A stretch of DNA of 64,000 nucleotides from assembly GCA_963693365.1 (NCBI GenBank), contig CAVNZM010000004.1, positions 4,900,564 through 4,964,563 on the forward strand, in the 5' to 3' direction. The position numbers and the translations under genes are program-made. Of this stretch, positions 46,590 to 64,000 are shown one piece after another (the first letter of the stretch is position 1; every line of letters starts with the position of its first letter). The DNA is from Amoebidium appalachense (taxonomy: Eukaryota; Protista; Ichthyosporea). The notes below the pieces were generated by a model. That model was given only the letters and a program-made list of their open reading frames with translations, had not been told where the DNA came from and made no database searches.

Positions 46590-48016
46590 GTGTGTGTCCG
46601 TATATACCCCCCCCCCCCCTCCCCCCGCCCCCCCCCCCCCCCCCCTCCCTCCAGGCCCCCCAACGTGTGTGGTGTGACTGAAACACATGCGGTTGAGATT
46701 CCCTGCGCGACAGTGAACCAACGAATGACATATATTGATGTAATGATTACCACAAGTGGATGGCCTAGCTGAGGCCTGATCCCAGAGCTCAGAGTACATG
46801 TACGGCCGTCACCAGTGATCATGAGCGGGCCTCAGCTGAGTCAGACACGGAGGTGCACACGATCTTATCATCGTCCATTAAAACATCAACGTTTTACCTG
46901 GGCCCCATGGCTGCAGATTGAGTTGGCCTTTCAAAATCTGTGAATGTTTCAGTCAGAAACACTCCATTTTAGTTTCTACGAATCAAAAAGAAAGCCGGAT
47001 TATACTTCTCCATTTACAATACACAAGCTTGCACAACATAACCCTCGGCTTGTGTCAGTTTGAAAGTGAATCAACAGTTCATTGGTCACTAAAACACGCA
47101 CATGTTTCGATCGGTGCAAGGTCACGGCATTATAATGGCGTTGTTTTGATTTGCTAAACGCGCACCCTGAACAGGTCACGTGATCTGAGTCGTACGTCTC
47201 TCGCCTTGAAATTCGAGCCAACAAACAAAACAGCGACGTGATCACACCATATATCGGTGGAAGAAAGCCTATGCTGTAACAACAAACAACCCGAAGTTAA
47301 TTATTACTTTCAAATCATTACAAACACCGCAATAGAAGATATATACATATATTACTTTGCTGTGTGTTTAATTTTTTTTTTTGCCCTTTTTGCAGGGCTC
47401 CGGGTGAGCGCGCGGATCACGTTGAGCAAAAGCAGGCCTGTGACCTTTCTCTCGCAATCTTTTGCCTCTGTTAGTGAGCCTCAATTAGCGTAATGATTGG
47501 AGCCGTAAGCGGCCTGGAGCCGAACAAAGCAACCACCACATGTTTCGTGACTTTGAGAAACTGAAACTTCCACACAGACTCACAGCTAATTAGTGATGTT
47601 TTTTCGTTTTCTTCTTGTACATACACGCTCGTCGAGCTCGAGATAATCTCTTTGTTTTGCCCTTCGGAAGGAGTTTTTTAAAGGAATTCTAGGCACAGAA
47701 TAAATAGCTAACTGCCAAATGAGATAGGAATATGAATTAAGGGGAATTTAGATAGCATTCATTCAAAGGGCTTTCAGAGTGTAGGCCTGGATGTGCACTA
47801 GAAAAGAGAGTCAAACGAGCTTTCTGTGCAGCAGACAAAAAGATTCAAAACCTAGCAACTGTGCAGGCCAGACCTAATAGGTGTGCAGCTCATACCAATA
47901 TTACCATCCCGGTAACACATTTCGTGGTTATAACAGACAGAAACACGTTTCAAAGACTTCCAAATTCGAGTTCCTCTAAGTAATATCCTTGGGGATCGAC
48001 CGATTCGAAAAGAAAA

Positions 48017-48733
48017 ATGCTCGAAGGAAACAGCACACACGCAGCTCCCCAAGAGGGTGAGGGAAACGACATCCTTTCTCGTTCATTGAGTTCAGGTTCT
48101 GCAGTTCTCGTTTCGTCTGCCGAGAAGTCCCCCGTTGCTTCCCTCCGACAAAGCCCACACAGGAAAGAAAGAGCCCGTTCACTCGTTGTGGAGGTCGCAG
48201 GGGAGAAAACAGGCGAGAAGGGTGTGTATAGGTCTGGAAGGATCTTGCTGCGTGCGGCTTCAACAAACAACAGCATGGGGCAGGTAAGTTTTTTTGGGTG
48301 TGTGGACAGCTCAGTTGCTTAATGTTGCACGGTGATGCACATACCATGCACTGCAAAAACCATGCAGAAACATCCAGAAAACAATGTTCCAGAAATATTC
48401 TCGTTTTCCTCTAGTAAGTTGACAGCGCGGATGAAGTGTCCTGCAACGTAAAAAAATACGATAAGTTCGTAGTTACCAGGAAAGTCGCATTTGAAACGTC
48501 ACTATACGACTACAAACGTTGACTGTGCGTAAAAGCTCCATGATGCTGGCAGGGAAAATGAAGTAAACAACTAAAAAAAAAGGACTGACACGCGCACATG
48601 CTATTGGATATTAAACCGGCACACACAAATAGATTACTGCTAGAACACTCCACACACACAAACACAGCCACACACTGCTTGGCACACACACGCACACACA
48701 CATACTAAGTACACACACACAAGCACAGACACG

Positions 48734-48810
<77 letters not shown>

Positions 48811-48953
48811 GCGCGTGCGCGCGCGCGCGTGCACATACAGGCGGTCAGGCAGACAGACAGGTGCGCGCCCGTGCACGCGCGTGTGCATGTGTACACGTGC
48901 CCGTGTGCATGGATACAGGCACGCACACTCACACGCACGCACGCACACGCACG

Positions 48954-49050
<97 letters not shown>

Positions 49051-49478
49051 TGACAGGCACACACACGCACACACACACACATAATACACGGCCATCCTGC
49101 CACACACACGGGCGTGTGTGTGTGTGCGCGCGCACACACACACACACGCACACACACGTGCTCACACAAAATCATACACGGCCATATTGCCACACACAAA
49201 CACACACGCACACGCACACGCACAGGACACGCACACACACACACACACATACACACACGCACACACACACACACACACACAGGCACACACACAAAAACCC
49301 TCCGCGGAGCTGCGTGTAACCCCTTCTCCCCCCCCCCCCCCCCCCCTCCCCCTCCCCCCCCCCACACACACAGTAACACAGTTTCAAGACACAAACACAT
49401 ATGATCACTCACATGTCACCATGAACAGCCACCACTCCTACTCCCTTCCCCCCCCCCCCCCCCCTACTCCCCTTCCCC

Positions 49479-49509
<31 letters not shown>

Positions 49510-49662
49510 AGCCCTGCATTGACCTCATGCTCAGAATCAACATGATCTGCAAGACAACATCTCGCAGCGGCGTTTTTCAATCCGTTAAATTCTTCTTTTT
49601 CTTTTTTTTTTTACAATGACCCATTCATCCAAGAGCAAACACAATGTTCACTTGCTGACTTT

Positions 49663-49707
<45 letters not shown>

Positions 49708-49927
49708 ACCCCTCCCGGCCCCCTCCCACCCCGCTACCCCTTAGCCTTCACCACAGAGAGACCTCACCACGACGACGGAGGCGCACGCATCAGTCTTCAC
49801 CGATTCGTTTTCTGATTGGTCCGAAAACGACAGCGACGGGTTCACCTCACACCCCGGGTCCCCCCACAGCCCTGTAGACAAAGCACATAGGCACAGGCGT
49901 AAAAAAAAAAAAAAGTTTCCAAGATAA
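48017..49927 (+). CDS. Possible two-exon hypothetical protein (low-complexity, basic C-terminal cluster)
   Basis: ORF 48017-48283 ends at a strong CAG|GTAAGT donor. The acceptor TTAG at 49744 opens an in-phase exon 'PSPQRDL...[13 protein letters not shown]...[13 protein letters not shown]'. No recognisable domain. Confidence 0.3.
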
Positions 49928-50624
49928 AATTAGGAATGGAACGCTCTCCCCTCGGCCCGGGTCTGTGTCTAGCGCTAAGATTGTGGCTGGGGCGCAGATG
50001 CAGGAACGTGATCCGATAAGTGATGCCAGTGCAACAATTATTGGCGCTTGAAAATTGTGAAATTTGTAGTTTGTTTAGGATGGTGTTTTGTGTTTTTGCG
50101 TTATTGTGATATGTAGAGGTGTGTGCAAGACGTTGGGTGGGTGGGTAGGTGGCAAATGCCTGTTATCATACTAGGTAGGTATAGTTGTTTTTTAAAGAAA
50201 AAACAAAATTATCTACTTGTTCGCTGGTGTGATTGTATCCGCACAAATCAACGTTTATGTCTTTAGATACATAATCAGAACTAGAGATCTCAGTACTACC
50301 AGAGCACCCCACTCCTCGACTTGTGTGCACATTGTATTCGATTGCAAGGTTACACACCAATGTAGCAAACACAGCCACGTTTGATGTGAACATAATAATG
50401 TGAAACTTTCAAATGATCCTGAAACAGATGGCAGGTTATAAGGCTTGGCAAGCGTTGAAGGGAAACGAATTGCTTGTCACTTGAAACGGGGTAGGCCGGG
50501 TTGGGTTTGGTGGTGTGTACATGCACTTTGGACGAGGGTGAGGTGGGGTGGGGTGGGTGGGTGGGTGGGTGGTGGACCCACTGGTGGTTGTCACAGTGGT
50601 GGTGGTGGTGGTGGTGGTGGTGGT

Positions 50625-50673
<49 letters not shown>

Positions 50674-52450
50674 GGGGATGGAGGGAGGGGGGGACAAGCA
50701 ACGAGATACAGTATGGGGTGCATATCGTTTGACAAGAAAACGCAGCAAACTTTAAGAAAATCAATTCTCACTGAAGTGAAATCTGTGAATGGTTGCTGCA
50801 TTATCTCAAGACCGCCTGTTGCGTGTTAACCCTATAGCCAAGTCGGGGTTGGGTGCACGCACATGGTGGCGTCATAATTGCATCACTGGAATGAACCACA
50901 AACCGTCATGTATAGGTACTATGTTGTTTGTGTATCTGCTTCGTACTACATAGTACTAGCGAAATTCAATCATGTCGAAGGTACTAAAACAGGCGCAGTG
51001 TGCATGCGCATGAAGAACGATGTCAGCTCTGCAGGTGTAAGTGGTGTGCGGCAAATTATACACGTGCACTAGATCATGCATGTGTGTGCACGTGCCGACC
51101 TGTGTATGTGGCGCAGCCAATTGCACTGAATATGTGCGCCTGTGTGGGAATGGATAAGTATGCCCATGTGCAGAGGATAAGGCGAAGGTGTGTGTGTGTA
51201 TGTGCACGTCTGCTGTAGTGGGTGTGTGTGTGCGCGCCCGCGTGTGTTGCGTGACATGTGGATGTGCGCCCGTGTGGGTGAGTAATTAGGTGTACGTGTG
51301 TACGTGTTGGTGGACCGGGTGGTGGTGTGGATGCGTGCGTGGTGTCGTGGTGGTGGTGGTGGAGGGGAGGGGGGGGGGGGGGGGGGAGGAGGGGGGGAGG
51401 GGAAAGGGGGGTGGGGTGGGGGGAGGGAGGGGAGGGGCAGAGGGGCAGAGTAGTTGGTGGTGCTGTACGTATATGGTCATGTCCGAGTTTGCTACCACTT
51501 GCTAGCAAATTTGTGTTCTCCTCCACATTACCGCCGATAAAAACCCCGCCACGGTTAGATGGGTGTGTATCACGGTCATGTGTCATGTGCGCACGTGGGT
51601 TATATTAAGTTGCATATGTGAATAGGTTGTGCATGGAATGTGCATTAGTGAGGAAACAACTTTGGTGGGGGGAGATAGAGAGGTGTGGTAGGAAGATCTG
51701 TGCGAGCATGGAAGGATGGTGTCGAGTATAAGGACGGACATGGGGAGAGGGGAGGGGAGGGGGGTGGAGGGAGGGGGGAGGGGGGCGGATAGGGGTACAC
51801 GGTACGAAGTTACACTATGAGACACAAGGTGCAGGACACAGGCAAAGGCAAACATTCAAGTATGCAACATCAGCAACACGCTCAGTATCCAAAATAAGCA
51901 GAGCCCATTCTCAGAGGGGGCCCCAAAGAAGGGAGAAGGGGTAGGGAGGGAGGGAGGGAAGGGTGGGCGGGTGGGCGGGCGGGGGCGAGGGGGGGAGGGG
52001 GGGAGGGGGGGGGGGGGGGGGGGGGGAGGGGGCAACAAAGACACAGTTACGGTATATAAGGAGTTTTTAATTATCGGCATATGGTCGACTGCAATATATG
52101 CAATTCATACGTGTTAGCTGTAATGTCCCCGGGCATTGTAGCATGCCGGGCAACCACAGGTGCTAAAATCTCTTCTCTCGTTGTTATCCCCCTTAACCCG
52201 TGTATCCTTGTGGTATGATTCTACTTTCACCCATCAAGGAATACACCGGGAAGGGAACATTTTCCGCACATACAGTAAGAAAAATACAAAAAAATAGATA
52301 AAATACGAATGTACCAGCGAGGGAATCCATCACATCTCAATACAAGCACAATTCCTAGCTCGCCATCACAAGGGACATTTGAGCCCACGGGGAGAGGGGT
52401 CCATATTAAACTTTCAGCGAAAAATTCAAATTTCATACAAAATTTCCATT

Positions 52451-54547
<2,097 letters not shown>

Positions 54548-54943
54548 CTAAAAGGGCGGAAGGGGGAGAAAAGCTGGTATGGTCAACGAAGGGGCAGGCG
54601 GAAAAGCAGGGGGGGGGGGGGGGGGGGGGAGGGGTCGGAGGCCGAGGGAATGAGAAGTTAAAAAGGCAGACACATCAATGTACGAGTACCAAGCGAGGAC
54701 CGAAGAGGAATGTAAGTCTATGGGAGGGGCCCCTTGAGAGGGTTGGCATCGAGGGAAGGCAGCTCGGACTCAAGGGGGAAGAACAGGCTGTTGCCCAGAA
54801 ACGAAACCCTGTCTGGACCGAAAAGAAGAGGAGGACTCCACAAACATAACAACCAAGAGAACAGTAAGGCTAAAAAAACACGAAACACACTTCAATGCAC
54901 AGCGAGGCAGGGGGGGTTTACCGCGTGTAAAGGCGACTGCCTA

Positions 54944-55854
54944 ACGCGTACTAAGTGTCAAAAGAGTAGCTTTCGTGCAGAAGGAAGGTGGGCTGTTTTC
55001 TGAGTGCATGCGCGGCAAACAGGCGGGTTTTGTATATGCATCTTCCCGCCAATGTGCAGTGCAAATTCCGTATGTGACTCTAAGCCAATGAGTGAGTGTC
55101 AAACGGTTGTGCGGTTTTTTGCACAAACGCGTCGCAAGGAACACACATACCATTATCAAGCAACCAGCAATAAAATATGCAAGAGGACGTAACAGTTTTT
55201 CCAAATATTTTATGTTTTATAGTTAAAAAAAACTCTTTTTTTTCTCTCATAGGCCTACATCACGCACTCCTTGTTAGCAAGAGCCTGCAGAAAGTGATGG
55301 CCAGCCAATCACAACCGACCGCGCAAGGGGAGCCAACGGGTCCCTGATTGAAAAGAGGGACAGGAGGAAAAAAAACTAAGATTTGGGGGAGTTTCTTCAT
55401 AAATACACATTTTATTTCTTTTATAATATCGAATAAACACAAAATATTAGGTAGTTTGAAAGACAAATACTATTTATTTGACTTTTGCGTCGTGGGGAAA
55501 CTCGTTTTGGCTTTGGCGCGAACATGTCTGATAGGCCATTTGACCGCCAATATACAAATAAGCCAATCATCTAGCTCGCAGAAAAAGGAACCAATGGGTG
55601 ACTGTGGTTGCAGAAAAAGGCGCAATTTTAGAACCAATCAATCTTTTTGTTTTCTTTTTTCCCTCGGCCCCCGCGACAACCGCTTGATCATGAAGCACAC
55701 CCTCACAAAACAAAAACAGCAAAACGCAAGTGTACAAAAGAACAAAACAAAATAAAGAAACAGAGAAAGCGAAAGTACGTGCCGCACTTGAAGTTTTAAG
55801 GCTTTTCAAAACTTAGCTGTCGCTCATTTTTTCGCGGCACTCCTCCCGCGAAAA
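54944..55854 (-). promoter_or_regulatory. Putative G1/S cis-elements upstream of PCNA (E2F-like, MCB-like, CCAAT)
   Basis: ACGCGT at 54944 and 55127; GCGGCAAA at 55012; TTCCCGCC at 55043; TTTGGCGC at 55512; TTTCGCGG at 55830; CCCGCGAAAA at 55845; several CCAAT. Confidence 0.5.
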
Positions 55855-56421
55855 TCCAATTGGAGTACCCGTGCGGGGGGTTTAGAAACATACACCCTGA
55901 TTTCTGAAGGAGATTAGTCGCTCTCTCGTACTTAACGGTTGCTAGCATGGGCCCATACCTACGTCACGGCTTAGGGCGCAAGATCGTTGTGCTAAGTTGC
56001 TCACCTTCGGTAAACCTTCCAAAGGTGGGCGGGTGGACGTGGCCGGTGCCGGTGGGTGGGTTCATATATCACAATAGGAAGGTGGGGGAGTACGGGGTAG
56101 GGTTGGGGGGGGGGGGGGGGGGGGGGGGGAATAGGGAAGGGAGGGCCTTTAGGCGGATAACACCAAGTTAGCCTCGGAGCCGCCTATTCCACACACACAC
56201 ACACACACACACAAACATCTATCGGTCCCCATGCGTTTGCTTTGCTTTGGGAAGATCGTTTGCAAGAGCAAAAACGGTTCGTGCAGTAAACGTGCCGAGT
56301 TGGGTACATAGGAAAGCGGCCAAACGTTCTTCTTTATTTATGGTATCCCTCCCCGTTACAGGCATACAAGGTTACAGAGCAACTTGTTTACTTGAGGCTT
56401 TAGCATTGCAGTACACACATG

Positions 56422-56455
<34 letters not shown>

Positions 56456-57026
56456 GAGGGAGGGAGAGAATATTATATAAACTAGTTACAGTACCTAAGG
56501 AGTTTTTAATGAGAAAATGCAAACAAGAAATAGTCTTCATTGTACCTTCGAGAACTTTTCAGGTGTCTCCTCCATACACAATATGCTCTACCTGCATCAT
56601 AAACACCACATTTATATCAAGGGCAACCATTTATACAAAGGTTGTGACTGTGAGCGTGTCGGCTTTTGTGTGTGCATGTGTGACACGCGCGTGTGTTTGA
56701 GCGATAGTAGAAGAAAAGAGTAATAGTAAATAATGATGAGAAAGAAAGAGTAATAGCAATTAATAGTAAGAAGGGAGGGGTAGGGTGAGTAGGTGGAGGT
56801 CTCTCTACTTTCTTTCCAAGCTTCCGTCAGGGAGGGAGGGAGGGAGGAAGGGAAGGAGGGAGGGAGGGAGGGAGGGAGGGAGAAGGGAGGGTAGGCGAGA
56901 GGGAGAGGGAGAGGAAGAGGGGAGAAGAAAGGGAGAGAGAGCGGGAAAGGGAGAGAGAAGGATAGACAGGAGAGGGGGGGGGGGGGGGAGGATGGAGGCA
57001 GGGAAAGACGGGGGGGGGGGGGGGAA

Positions 57027-57059
<33 letters not shown>

Positions 57060-57280
57060 AAGGAGGGAGGGAGGGAGAAAGGGTGTGTGTGTCCAAGAGG
57101 GAGAGAGGGAGCGGGGGGGGAAGGGGGGGGGGGGGGGAGGGAAGAGAAAGGAAAGAGAGAGAAGGAGGGTGAGAGAGAAGTGTGTGTCTCTGTGTGTGTC
57201 TAAAGCAAAACCACCTTCATGCATCAGTAAATAATTGAAGGGAAAAGAGGGTGCAGGTTGGTGCAGGCATATCGCCCGGT

Positions 57281-63691
<6,411 letters not shown>

Positions 63692-64000
63692 CTAATATTA
63701 GCGTTCGAACAACGGAGTTTTTAAGGGGATAATGAATGAGAAAAATGCAGTGTGAATGCGGGGAGAATACATAAAGAAACAGAGAATGTAAGTCGGGAAA
63801 GAAGGAGCCAGAAATATGCAGAATGAACAGGGAAAACGTCGACAGACAAGTAGGTAGAGGAAAGCAAGAGGGGAGAGCGACGAGGAAGAGGGGAAAACGG
63901 GGTGGGGGGCGGGTGGGGGGGGGGGGGGGGGGGGGGGGGGGAGAGGGGGAGGCAAAGTATGGATGATAGATCCGAAAAACCAGTCAGACAGGCTGCAATG

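Noticed and set aside
46767-46837. 10-bp inverted repeat AGCTGAGGCC / GGCCTCAGCT
   Set aside because: Too short and isolated, with no TSD or second copy in the window.

Overview
Repeat-dense, intron-rich eukaryotic DNA. The lineage is inferred only: a unicellular opisthokont-like protist is plausible but unverified. Most long ORFs in the ORF track are artefacts of (CA)n, (GA)n, (GCAC)n and poly-G/C tracts. Splicing by hand gives these genes: (1) the 3' part of a Crypton/Ndc10-like gene ending in a GCR1_C domain (+, 334-3616); (2) two intronless MFS transporter paralogues that form an old inverted duplication including about 1 kb or more of upstream DNA (+9867-11600 and -41212-39469, the second with a +1 frameshift); (3) a 5-exon FAD-dependent glycerol-3-phosphate dehydrogenase (-); (4) a 3-exon PCNA (-) with E2F/MCB-like upstream motifs; (5) a multi-exon gene with a circularly permuted macrodomain of the plant-aprataxin / Dictyostelium-APL type (-, running off the window end). 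A nested transposon cluster (~23.3-34 kb) holds a degenerate Ty3/Gypsy element whose gag and pol share one frame, split by a single TGA with a hairpin downstream. A young non-coding LTR element (1.2-1.3 kb LTRs, tRNA-iMet PBS, ACACC target duplication, non-TG..CA ends) is inserted 10 bp before that gag ATG. Tc1/mariner-like non-autonomous elements and a foldback element are also present. Several introns are bracketed by complementary simple repeats or lack a U-rich polypyrimidine tract.
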